From positions 1 through 37,889 of the forward strand of contig CAYRYT010000001.1 in NCBI GenBank assembly GCA_964428625.1: a stretch of DNA of 37,889 nt, in the 5' to 3' direction. Under the pieces are notes generated by a model. That model made no database searches. It worked only from the letters and a program-made list of their open reading frames with translations, and was not told the origin of the DNA. A program made the translations under genes and the position numbers. Source of the stretch: an uncultured Oscillospiraceae bacterium. Lineage in GTDB: Bacteria > Bacillota > Clostridia > Oscillospirales > Oscillospiraceae. Below are positions 7,455-16,013 of this stretch, piece by piece; the first letter of the stretch is position 1, and every line of letters begins with the position of its first letter.

Positions 7455-7673
7455 TTCGTGGCATATGCGCGACCTGCCCCCGGGCAGACACGCATAGGGC
7501 ATTCAGCTGAACAAGGGAACCCGGTGGAAATCCGGGACACGGCGGGCATGGCCCGCGGTGCTGTCAGCGTGGAGTCGGCCTCCTTTCTGGGAAACCAGGT
7601 CATTGGGCGCAAGCCTGAGAAGGCGGGAGGCGGCATTGGGAAACCTGAACACGCAAGTCAGAAGACCTACGAA
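7455..7673 (+). ncRNA. cobalamin riboswitch (second of tandem pair)
   Basis: AAGGGAA-CCCGG-TGGAAAT-CCGGG, GCTGT, GTCATTGGG...CCTGAGAAGG and B12 box AAGTCAGAAGACCT. P1 TTCGTGG/CTACGAA. Confidence 0.9.
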
Positions 7674-7786
7674 CCGCGTTAACTGCGGCCTAAGCGACAC
7701 ACCGCCCGGCGGTGTGAGCCGGCTAACTCCTTTTTCCGCCGTCAGGCGTGTGATACAGCAAACATATTCTAGAAGGTTTCTTAACT

Positions 7787-10700
7787 ATGAAAAAACGCAT
7801 TCTCTCCGCCCTTCTTGCGCTGGTGTTGGTATTCTCCGTGATGCCCGCCAGTGTTTTTGCGGAGAACATTCACGAAAATCAAGTCCGAGTGATCGTCGAA
7901 AATACTACCTTCTCCGTAGAGGACGGTGCCCCCTGGGACGGAACTCTGGTGGACACCTGGGTAGACATCGACGAAGACGCAACCATGATGACCTGCATCG
8001 TGGATGCCCTGGCCCAGTCCGACTATGAGCAGACCGGTGCGGAGTACAACTACATCTCCGAAATCAACGGTCTGAGCGAGTTTGACGGCGGCGGAATGTC
8101 CGGCTGGATGGGCACCCTGAACGATTGGTTCACCAACGAAGGCTTCGGTGCCTTCACCGTTGCCGACGGCAAACTTCTGGCCGGTGATGAGATCCGGATC
8201 ATGTACACCTGTAACGGCTTCGGTGCCGACCTGGGCGGCAGCTGGGGTAACAGCGACAAGACCGTCAAGGCTGTGGAATTCAGTGCGGGTACTCTGGATA
8301 CCGACTTTGATAAGGATACCCACGATTATACCCTCACCGTCCCCGCCGGTACCACCGAGCTGACGGTTCGCCCCACCGCCTCCAACAAGAACTACATGGT
8401 TCGCACCAAGACCGATGCCGACGATACCTGGTATCGCTGCAACGATCTGATCCCCGTGGAGATGGGCACCGTGATCACCGTTGTGTGCGGCGATTCCAGC
8501 TGGCCCTCCATGAACGACAATTCCGTTCCCGCTGAGGAGTACCGCTTCACCGTGGCCCTGGAGGGCAAGTCCGACAGCGAGCTGATCGCAGAGGTCACCG
8601 CCCGCATCGATGCCATTGGGGAAGTCACCCTGACCAGCGAGAATGCCATTCTGGCCGCCCGGGCCGCCTATGAGGCCCTGGAGCCGGAGCTGCAGGCACA
8701 GGTTACCAATTATGAAACCCTGACCGCCGCCGAAGCCGCTCTGGCCCAGCTGAAGGCCGCCAACGAATCCGTTTCCGCCCAGTGGCCCAGCTTCCGCGGC
8801 AATGCCGCCAACAACGGCGTGACCAACGCCGCCACCCCTGTGGATCTCGACACCGTGACCCTGAAGTGGAACCACTGCTTCAAGGAAAATGCCAGCGACT
8901 GGTCCACCGCCCCCAGCGTGCAGATCATCGTGGACGATGCCCTGGTGGTCATGTGCAAGACCAGCCTTTACAAGGTTGACCTGGAGACCGGCGAGATCCT
9001 CGCCACCGGCACCATGTCCGCCGCCCCCAGCTACGGCTACACTCCTCCCATTTACGCTGAGGGTATGATCATCTGCCCCCTGGGCAATGGCACCATCCAG
9101 GCCTTTGACGCGGAGACCCTGGAGTCCCTGTGGGTCTACCACGACGCTCTGGGCGGCCAGGCCCTGAGCCCCATCTCCTACTCCGGCGGCTACATCTACA
9201 CCGGCTTCTGGAACGGCGAGACCGCCGATGCCAACTTCGTCTGCGTTGCCGTCTACGACGAGGATCCCGCCTCCGCTGAGGAGGAGAAGACTGCTGTCTG
9301 GACCCACACCCAGGCCGGCGGTTATTACTGGGCCGGCTCCGTGGTCGTTGGCGATACCGTGATCGTCGGCTGCGACGATGGCAACAATGGCACCACCGGC
9401 GACTCCACCCTGACCGGCTTCAACAAGTTCTCCGGCAAGATCATCAGCCAGCTCACCCTGACCGGCATGGGCGACCAGCGCAGCTCCCTGTGCTATGCCA
9501 ACGGCTACCTGTACTTCACCACCAAGGGCGGCTACACCTGCAGGGTCGAAATCAGCGGCAACGGCCAGCTCACCGACCTGGTTTCCTTCCGCCCCGACGC
9601 AACCACCGTTCAGAGCACCTGCACCCCCGTCGTGTACGGCGGCTATGTCTACCTCGCCCTGTCCGAGAAGTCCGGCACCAGCTGGAAGGATCCCACCTTC
9701 TACACCGTCTATGTTCTGGATGCCGATACCCTGGCCGTTGCCGGTACTGCCGACATGAGCACCTACGGCTATCCCCAGTGTTCCCTGCTCCTGACCACCG
9801 CATACCAGGCCAGCGGCAACCTCTACCTGTACGCCACCTATAACAAGACCCCCGGCGGTATCGCCATGATCACCGTCCCCACCGATTCCCTCAGCGTGGA
9901 GTCCCCCGCTACCCTGACCGTGGATCACCTGTACCAGGCAGAAGGCTTTGAGCAGTACTGCATTTGCAGCGTGATCTGCGATGACAACGGCACCCTGTAC
10001 TACAAGAACGACTCCGGCAATGTCTTTGCCATCGCCACCGATCCCGTGAAGGAAGTGGAGGCCAAAATCGATGCCATTGGCGAAGTCACCCTGGACTCCC
10101 GGAAAGCCATTACCGAGGCCCGGAAGGCATACGACGCCCTGACCGAGGCTCAGCAGAGCCAGGTAACCAATGTCGATACCCTCCAGGCTGCTGAGGAGAC
10201 CTTCTCCCAACTTCTCGCCCAGTATTATAAGGATGTCTACACCACCACCGGCAATTATATGTCCACTCTGGGTACCCCCGGCGTTGGCTCCATCGGCGGT
10301 GAGTGGATGGTCCTGGGCCTGTCCCGTGCCGATCTGACTGTTCCCGGCAGCGATGCCTACTACGAAGCCGTTGTGGCGTATGTCCAGTCCCATATCAACG
10401 ACAAGGGGCAGCTCCACCGTGCCAAGTCCACGGATAACTCCCGGATCATTCTGGCCCTCACCGCTATGGGCAAGGATGTCACCGATGTGGGCGGCTTCAA
10501 CCTGCTGAACGGTCTGAACGATCTGACCTGCATCCAGAAGCAGGGCATCAACGGCCCCATCTGGGCCCTGATTGCCCTGGACAGCCACAATTATGAGATC
10601 CCTGCCGGCGATGTCACCCGGGAAAAGCTGATTGAGGTCATCCTCAAGGCCCAGCTCCCCGACGGCGGTTGGACTCTCTCCGGCAGCGTCGCTGACCCGG

Positions 10701-11401
10701 ATATGACCGCCATGGCTCTCCAGTCCCTGGCTCCCTACTACAGCAAGCTCGACCAGGTCAAGGCCGCTTGCGATGCCGGTATCCAGGCACTGAGCGACAT
10801 TCAGCAGCCCTCCGGCGGCTTCAGCACCTGGGGCTCCGAGACCAGTGAATCCACCGCCCAGGTCATCGTGGCCCTTACCGCCCTGGGTATCGATCCCACC
10901 ACCGACGAGCGTTTCATCGTTGACGGACGGAATCCTGTGGATGCCCTTTGCGACTACTATGTCCAGGGCGGCGGCTTCAAGCATCTGCTCGATGCCGAGC
11001 TCAATGGCATGGCCACGGAGCAGGGATTCTATGCTATGGTCTCCTACTTCCGGTTCCTGGAAGGCAAGACCGCCCTGTACAACATGAACGATGTGGTTCT
11101 GGATATTCCCGAGGTTCCCGAGATCCCCGACCAGCCTGACCAGCCTGACCAGCCTGAGAACCCCGATCAGCCCGAGAATCCTGATCAGCCTGAAACCCCC
11201 GATCAGCCCGAGAACCCCGACAAGCCCGAGAATCCTGAGAACCCCACTGAGAAGCCCGAGGATCCTACCGACAAGCCCGTGGAGAAGCCCACCACCCCCG
11301 CCACCGGCGACTACGGCATCACCCTGTGGGCCATGACTCTGATTCTGTGCGCCCTGGGCGCCACTGCCCTGATCGGCAACCGTAAGAAGTTCCAGTTCTA
11401 A
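7787..11401 (+). CDS. 1204-aa sortase-anchored surface protein: DUF4430 (transcobalamin-like beta domain), cadherin-like sandwich, PQQ-type beta-propeller, prenyltransferase-like alpha-barrel, Pro-rich stalk
   Basis: Signal peptide; YISEINGL.EFD.G..SGWM...N.WF (DUF4430); WPSFRG propeller start; QW-like repeats (AQLPDGGW, IQQPSGGF); PDQPEN stalk; TPATG + TM + RKKF tail. B12 binding is inferred from the riboswitch context. Confidence 0.85.
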   Translation: MKKRILSALLALVLVFSVMPASVFAENIHENQVRVIVENTTFSVEDGAPWDGTLVDTWVDIDEDATMMTCIVDALAQSDYEQTGAEYNYISEINGLSEFDGGGMSGWMGTLNDWFTNEGFGAFTVADGKLLAGDEIRIMYTCNGFGADLGGSWGNSDKTVKAVEFSAGTLDTDFDKDTHDYTLTVPAGTTELTVRPTASNKNYMVRTKTDADDTWYRCNDLIPVEMGTVITVVCGDSSWPSMNDNSVPAEEYRFTVALEGKSDSELIAEVTARIDAIGEVTLTSENAILAARAAYEALEPELQAQVTNYETLTAAEAALAQLKAANESVSAQWPSFRGNAANNGVTNAATPVDLDTVTLKWNHCFKENASDWSTAPSVQIIVDDALVVMCKTSLYKVDLETGEILATGTMSAAPSYGYTPPIYAEGMIICPLGNGTIQAFDAETLESLWVYHDALGGQALSPISYSGGYIYTGFWNGETADANFVCVAVYDEDPASAEEEKTAVWTHTQAGGYYWAGSVVVGDTVIVGCDDGNNGTTGDSTLTGFNKFSGKIISQLTLTGMGDQRSSLCYANGYLYFTTKGGYTCRVEISGNGQLTDLVSFRPDATTVQSTCTPVVYGGYVYLALSEKSGTSWKDPTFYTVYVLDADTLAVAGTADMSTYGYPQCSLLLTTAYQASGNLYLYATYNKTPGGIAMITVPTDSLSVESPATLTVDHLYQAEGFEQYCICSVICDDNGTLYYKNDSGNVFAIATDPVKEVEAKIDAIGEVTLDSRKAITEARKAYDALTEAQQSQVTNVDTLQAAEETFSQLLAQYYKDVYTTTGNYMSTLGTPGVGSIGGEWMVLGLSRADLTVPGSDAYYEAVVAYVQSHINDKGQLHRAKSTDNSRIILALTAMGKDVTDVGGFNLLNGLNDLTCIQKQGINGPIWALIALDSHNYEIPAGDVTREKLIEVILKAQLPDGGWTLSGSVADPDMTAMALQSLAPYYSKLDQVKAACDAGIQALSDIQQPSGGFSTWGSETSESTAQVIVALTALGIDPTTDERFIVDGRNPVDALCDYYVQGGGFKHLLDAELNGMATEQGFYAMVSYFRFLEGKTALYNMNDVVLDIPEVPEIPDQPDQPDQPENPDQPENPDQPETPDQPENPDKPENPENPTEKPEDPTDKPVEKPTTPATGDYGITLWAMTLILCALGATALIGNRKKFQF
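11105..11295 (+). repeat. coding tandem repeats (PDQ/PEN) forming a cell-wall-spanning stalk
   Basis: Repeated GACCAGCCT and GATCAGCCCGAGAA units encoding PDQPDQPDQPENPDQPEN... Confidence 0.85.
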
Positions 11402-11423
11402 ATTTCCTCTTTCCCCAGATCCA

Positions 11424-11474
11424 AGGGGCCGGGTCATGCCGGGTATGGCTTTGCCATAACAGCACCCGGCCCCT
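11424..11474 (+). other. intra-operon GC-rich stem-loop without U-tract
   Basis: AGGGGCCGGGT...ACCCGGCCCCT outer stem and TATGGC-ttt-GCCATA inner stem. Confidence 0.7.
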
Positions 11475-11500
11475 ACCATATTCCTTCCGGAGATGATCAC

Positions 11501-12799
11501 ATGAAGAAAAAACACATTGCCAATCTTATTATGGCCCTGCTGATGGTGCTCATCGCCGGGGTCGCTTTGTTCACCCTGGGCCATTTCCTGGGTTGGTACG
11601 ATACGCCCAGCGTCGACACGGCGCTGATGCGCAGCCCCCGGGGCCTGGTGACCCTGGAGCGGGACGGCGCATCCTTCTATGTCCAGGCAGACACCCCCCT
11701 GCGTGCCGGGGACCGCATTGTCTGCAATGCCGGTGCCACGGTGGAGCTGACCCTGGGCGACCACTACATCGTCCTGGGGCAGAATGCCCAGGCCACTGTC
11801 ACCCAGCCCGCCACCGCCGGCTTCTCCCTGGCGCTGGAAAAAGGCGAAGCCTTTGTCCATGCGGGCCCGGCCATCACCCTCTCCTTCCAGGAGCAGGTAG
11901 TTACTTTTGAAGATTCCGTTGCCACTGTTAGCGTCCGCAGCGGCGCATCCAGTGTCAGCGTTTACTACGGCAGTGCCGCCGATGCCCAAGCAGGCCAGAT
12001 CCGGGAATGGATCGGCCAGGAGACCTCGGTCCGCAACTGTCCGATCTCCAGCCTCAATGATTTTGCCATCAACCAGATCCGCCGGGCCAACCAGGGGCTG
12101 ACCCTGTGCTTCACCGACAGCCAGCTGGCCCAGCTGGAGGCGGACCGCCTGGCCCAAATGCAGGCTCCTGCCACTACCATTCCCCAGGAGACCCAGCCCC
12201 CGGAAACCACCGCGTCGGTGGAGACCACTACCCCCGATCAGACACCGGAGAGCAAGCCCCGGCCCACCGACCCCGTAGCCACGGAGCCCAAGGCCACAGA
12301 CCCCGACGAGACCACACCCCCGCCTGCGACGGAGCCCAAGCCCACAGCGCCCCCGGAAACCACACCTCCCACCACCCAGCCGGATACGGCCCTGACCTGC
12401 ACCATCACCATTCGCTGTGACACCATCCTGGACAACTGGGATGACCTGGACCCTGCCAAGGCCCCCTATGTCCCGGAAAGCGGCTGCATTCTCGCCCCGG
12501 TGACGGTGACCTTCACCGAAGGGGAGACGGTATTCCATGTTCTCCAGCGAGTCTGCGAAACCTATGGCATCCAGCTGGAATACAGCTGGACCCCCATGTA
12601 TGACAGCTATTACATCGAGGGGATCAACCACCTATATGAGTTCGACTGCGGCTTTGAGTCCGGCTGGATGTATAAGGTCAACGGTTGGTTCCCCAATTAC
12701 GGCTGCTCGGCCTACACCCTCACCGGCGGGGAGACGATCGTCTGGTGCTACACCTGCAAGGGACTTGGCGCCGATGTGGGCAGCGTCTGGATGGGGTAA
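11501..12799 (+). CDS. membrane-anchored protein: FecR-like domain, Pro/Thr stalk, C-terminal DUF4430
   Basis: N-terminal TM helix; LRAGDRIVC..GATVELTLGD..IVLGQN...LEKGEAFV...VSVYYGS (FecR-like); P/T linker; YYIEGINHLYEFDCGFESGWMYKVNGWFPNYG (DUF4430). Confidence 0.85.
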   Translation: MKKKHIANLIMALLMVLIAGVALFTLGHFLGWYDTPSVDTALMRSPRGLVTLERDGASFYVQADTPLRAGDRIVCNAGATVELTLGDHYIVLGQNAQATVTQPATAGFSLALEKGEAFVHAGPAITLSFQEQVVTFEDSVATVSVRSGASSVSVYYGSAADAQAGQIREWIGQETSVRNCPISSLNDFAINQIRRANQGLTLCFTDSQLAQLEADRLAQMQAPATTIPQETQPPETTASVETTTPDQTPESKPRPTDPVATEPKATDPDETTPPPATEPKPTAPPETTPPTTQPDTALTCTITIRCDTILDNWDDLDPAKAPYVPESGCILAPVTVTFTEGETVFHVLQRVCETYGIQLEYSWTPMYDSYYIEGINHLYEFDCGFESGWMYKVNGWFPNYGCSAYTLTGGETIVWCYTCKGLGADVGSVWMG

Positions 12800-12801
12800 G
12801 T

Positions 12802-13683
12802 ATGGAACGAGACGCCTTTTCCAAGCAGCACCCGGCGGTGAACTTCCTGTTCTTTGTGGGGGCCATCGGCTCCGCCATGCTGATCCAGCACCCGGCCTAT
12901 CTGCTGGCCGGGCTGGTGGGCAGCGGTGCCTACTACCTGCTGCTCCACGGCCCAAAGGGTTGGCGGCTGATCGCCGGAATGGTTCCCTTGTTCCTTCTGG
13001 TCACCTTTGCCAATCCCCTGCTGAACACCTACGGCCAGACGGTGCTGTTTACTTACTTTGGCCGCCCCTATACCCTGGAGGCCCTGTACTACGGCGGAGC
13101 CATCGCCGCGGTTTTCGTGGAAATGCTGCTGTGGTTCGGCTGCTATAATGCCGTCCTCACCAGCGACAAATTCACCTGCCTCTTCGGCAATCTCATCCCC
13201 GCCCTGTCCCTGCTGTTGGTGATGGTGCTGCGGCTGATCCCCAGCTTCCTGCGAAAAGCCCAGCAGATCTCCGGTGCCAGAAGCTCCATCGGAAAGGGCA
13301 CGGTGGAACAGGACACCCTGGAGGAAAAGCTCACCGAGGGGCTGACGGTGCTGGGCACCCTCACCTCCTGGGCCCTGGAGGGCAGCATCGTCACCGCTGA
13401 CTCCATGCGCAGCCGGGGCTATGGCAGTGGCAAGCACACCAGCTTCATGCGCTACACCATGACCGCCTCCGACTGGGCCCTGATGGCCGCCCAGGTTCTT
13501 CTGCTGGCGCTCACGCTCTTCCTGGGGGATACCACCGCAACCTACACCCCGGATTTCTATTTGGCACCGGTCACCGGTCGCTTTGCAATTGGCCTGGCCG
13601 CTTACTGGGCCTTTCTGCTGATTCCCACTGCACTACACTTGAAGGAGGCCGTTCAATGGCACATTTCCATCTCCAGAATCTGA
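12802..13683 (+). CDS. ecfT: ECF transporter transmembrane T component (1)
   Basis: HPAVNF start, multiple TM segments, VLRLIP, GAR and ADSMRSRGY coupling motifs. Confidence 0.9.
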   Translation: MERDAFSKQHPAVNFLFFVGAIGSAMLIQHPAYLLAGLVGSGAYYLLLHGPKGWRLIAGMVPLFLLVTFANPLLNTYGQTVLFTYFGRPYTLEALYYGGAIAAVFVEMLLWFGCYNAVLTSDKFTCLFGNLIPALSLLLVMVLRLIPSFLRKAQQISGARSSIGKGTVEQDTLEEKLTEGLTVLGTLTSWALEGSIVTADSMRSRGYGSGKHTSFMRYTMTASDWALMAAQVLLLALTLFLGDTTATYTPDFYLAPVTGRFAIGLAAYWAFLLIPTALHLKEAVQWHISISRI

Positions 13684-15308
13684 CTTTTTCCTACGCCAGC
13701 GCCCAGGGCAAGCGCTCTCTGGATGGCGTGACCCTGACCATCCAGCCGGGGGATTTCCTGGTCCTCTGCGGCCGCTCCGGCAGCGGCAAGAGCACCCTCC
13801 TGCGGCATCTGAAAACCGTCCTGACCCCCAACGGCAAGCATTCCGGCGAAATCCTTTTTAATGGCGTACCCCTGAAGGATGTCCCGGACCGGGAGCAGGC
13901 GGCTAAGATTGGCTTCGTTATGCAAAACCCCGACGATCAGATCGTCACGGACAAGGTCTGGCACGAGCTGGCCTTCGGTTTGGAGAGCCTGGGCTGTGAC
14001 CAGACCACCATGCGCACGAGAGTTGCGGAAATGGCCTGCTATTTCGGCATTCAGGACTGGTTCCACCGGGATGTGGCGACTCTGTCCGGCGGCCAGAAGC
14101 AGCTGCTGAACCTGGCCTCCATCATGGCCATGCAGCCGGAGGTGCTGATTCTGGATGAGCCCACCAGCCAGCTGGATCCCATTGCGGCCTCCGACTTTCT
14201 GAATACCGTGCGCAAGATCAACACGGAGCTGGGCACCACCGTCATCATCACCGAGCATCGCCTGGAGGATATCTTCCCCTACGCCGACCGGGCTGTGGTG
14301 ATGGAAAGCGGCAAGATCATTGCCGATGATGTGCCCGCCAAGGTTGGCCAGCTCCTGTTCCAGCAGCACAACCCCATGTTCACCGCCATGCCCACCCCCA
14401 TCCGGGTGTTCTACGGTGCCGATTGCACCGGGGAAAGCCCCCTCACCGTCCGGCAGGGCCGCAACTGGCTCAGCAAGGAATTCCCGACGGAGGTAGCCAT
14501 CAAGGCTGAGCCGGCTCCCAAGCCGGAGGAGATCGAGCATCCCGCCTTGAGTCTGAAGGAGCTGTGGTTCCGCTATGAGAAGGACAGCGCCGATATTCTC
14601 CGGGGCGTGTCCGCCGATATCCCCGCCGCCAGTATTTATGCCATCCTGGGTGGCAACGGTGCAGGCAAATCCACCACCCTGAAGGCCATTTCCAGCATTT
14701 GCAAGCCCTACCGGGGCAAGGTGAAGCTCTTCGGAAAGCCGGTGGAAAAATACAAATCCAAGGAGCTGTTCCGGGGCTGCCTTGCCATGCTGCCCCAGGA
14801 TCCCAAGAGCCTGTTTGTGAAAAAAACCGTCCGGGAAGATCTGGAGGAAATGACTAAGGACAGCCAAAAAATCACAGAAACCGCCGATTTGTGTCAGATC
14901 ACGGAGCTTCTGGACAGTCATCCCTATGACTTGTCCGGCGGCGAGCAGCAGCGGGCAGCCCTTGCCAAGGTACTGCTGACAGAGCCGAAGATCCTCCTGC
15001 TGGACGAGCCTACCAAGGGCATCGACAGCTTCTTCAAGGAGACCTTTGCCCAGATCCTCATGGATCTGAAAAAGCGGGGCATTACCGTCGTGATGGTGTC
15101 CCACGATGTGGAGTTCTGCGCCCGGTATGCCGATCTGGTGTCCATGTTCTTCGACGGCCAGATCCTCACCACCGACAACCCCAAGCGCTTCTTCGGCAAC
15201 AACAGCTTCTATACCACCGCCGCCCACCGGATGAGCCGCCATCGCTTCCAGATGGCAGTGACGGCGGAGGATGTCATCGATCTGTACAAGAAAAACAAGG
15301 AGGCCTGA
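13656..15308 (+). CDS. ECF transporter fused double ATPase (A-A')
   Basis: Two ABC domains: GRSGSGKS / QNPDDQ / LSGGQKQ / LDEPT and GGNGAGKS / LSGGEQQR / LDEPT. Confidence 0.93.
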   Translation: MAHFHLQNLTFSYASAQGKRSLDGVTLTIQPGDFLVLCGRSGSGKSTLLRHLKTVLTPNGKHSGEILFNGVPLKDVPDREQAAKIGFVMQNPDDQIVTDKVWHELAFGLESLGCDQTTMRTRVAEMACYFGIQDWFHRDVATLSGGQKQLLNLASIMAMQPEVLILDEPTSQLDPIAASDFLNTVRKINTELGTTVIITEHRLEDIFPYADRAVVMESGKIIADDVPAKVGQLLFQQHNPMFTAMPTPIRVFYGADCTGESPLTVRQGRNWLSKEFPTEVAIKAEPAPKPEEIEHPALSLKELWFRYEKDSADILRGVSADIPAASIYAILGGNGAGKSTTLKAISSICKPYRGKVKLFGKPVEKYKSKELFRGCLAMLPQDPKSLFVKKTVREDLEEMTKDSQKITETADLCQITELLDSHPYDLSGGEQQRAALAKVLLTEPKILLLDEPTKGIDSFFKETFAQILMDLKKRGITVVMVSHDVEFCARYADLVSMFFDGQILTTDNPKRFFGNNSFYTTAAHRMSRHRFQMAVTAEDVIDLYKKNKEA

Positions 15309-15311
15309 CCC

Positions 15312-16013
15312 ATGAAACGATCCCATATTGCCATGCTGGTAGATTTCCTGGTGGTGATCCCCCTTACCCTGTATTTCGGCCTGCGGCTCCCCGGCCGGGG
15401 CTATTACATCACCAGCACCCTGGTCATTGTGGAGCTGATGATCCCCTTCCTCCTGGCCTTTGAAAGCCGGAAGCCCCAGGCCCGGGAGCTGGTGGTCATC
15501 GCCGTACTCTCGGCTTTGGCCGTTGCCGCCCGGGTGGTCATCCCCATTCCCCATTTCAAGGCTATCTTCGCTGTCATTATGCTCTCCGGCATTGCCTTTG
15601 GCCCGGAGGCTGGCTTTATGGTGGGTGCCATCTCCGCCCTGGCCAGCAACTTCTTCTATGGCCAGAGTGCCAACACCCCCTGGCAGATGTTCGCCTATGG
15701 TGCCGGCGGTATGCTGGCGGGTTTCCTGTTCGCCAAGGGGCAGTTGCCCCGGAAGCCCCTGGTTCTGGGTATTTTCGGCTTTTTCGCCACAGTGCTCTTC
15801 GTCGGCCCCCTGCTGGACACCGCCTCCGTCTTCCTGGCCCTGCCTGTGGTGTCCTGGGATAGGGCGCTGCCTCTGTTCATTTCCGGTTTTCCGGTGAATG
15901 TGAGCCAGGGCATCAGCACCTTCCTGACCATGCTCCTCTTTGGCAATCCCCTGCTGGAAAAGCTGGACCGGGTAAAAACCCAGTACGGAATGGGAGAAGA
16001 CGATGGGCTTTGA
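15312..16013 (+). CDS. ECF transporter S component, probably cobalamin-specific (CbrT-like)
   Basis: Hydrophobic; ELVVIAVLSALAVAAR (AxxxA motif), FGPEAGFMVGA, SNFFYGQ..NTPWQM. Substrate is inferred from the riboswitches. Confidence 0.85.
   Translation: MKRSHIAMLVDFLVVIPLTLYFGLRLPGRGYYITSTLVIVELMIPFLLAFESRKPQARELVVIAVLSALAVAARVVIPIPHFKAIFAVIMLSGIAFGPEAGFMVGAISALASNFFYGQSANTPWQMFAYGAGGMLAGFLFAKGQLPRKPLVLGIFGFFATVLFVGPLLDTASVFLALPVVSWDRALPLFISGFPVNVSQGISTFLTMLLFGNPLLEKLDRVKTQYGMGEDDGL

Noticed and set aside
7029-7700. ORFs within the riboswitch leader (e.g. 7029-7682, 7274-7510)
   Set aside because: No protein motifs; the region is explained by the promoter, two aptamers and a terminator.
10220-11090. 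Terpene cyclase or prenyltransferase enzyme call for the alpha-barrel
   Set aside because: No DxDD catalytic motif (DPDM instead), extracellular location, and B12 context favour a binding role.
11105-11295. Short periodic repeats as a possible CRISPR or VNTR element
   Set aside because: In-frame coding repeats of a Pro-rich stalk with no repeat-spacer structure.
7781-12631. 1616-aa antisense ORF spanning both DUF4430 genes
   Set aside because: Shadow of two same-frame, strongly codon-biased sense genes; G/V/L-rich, no recognisable motifs, while the sense genes have clear domains.
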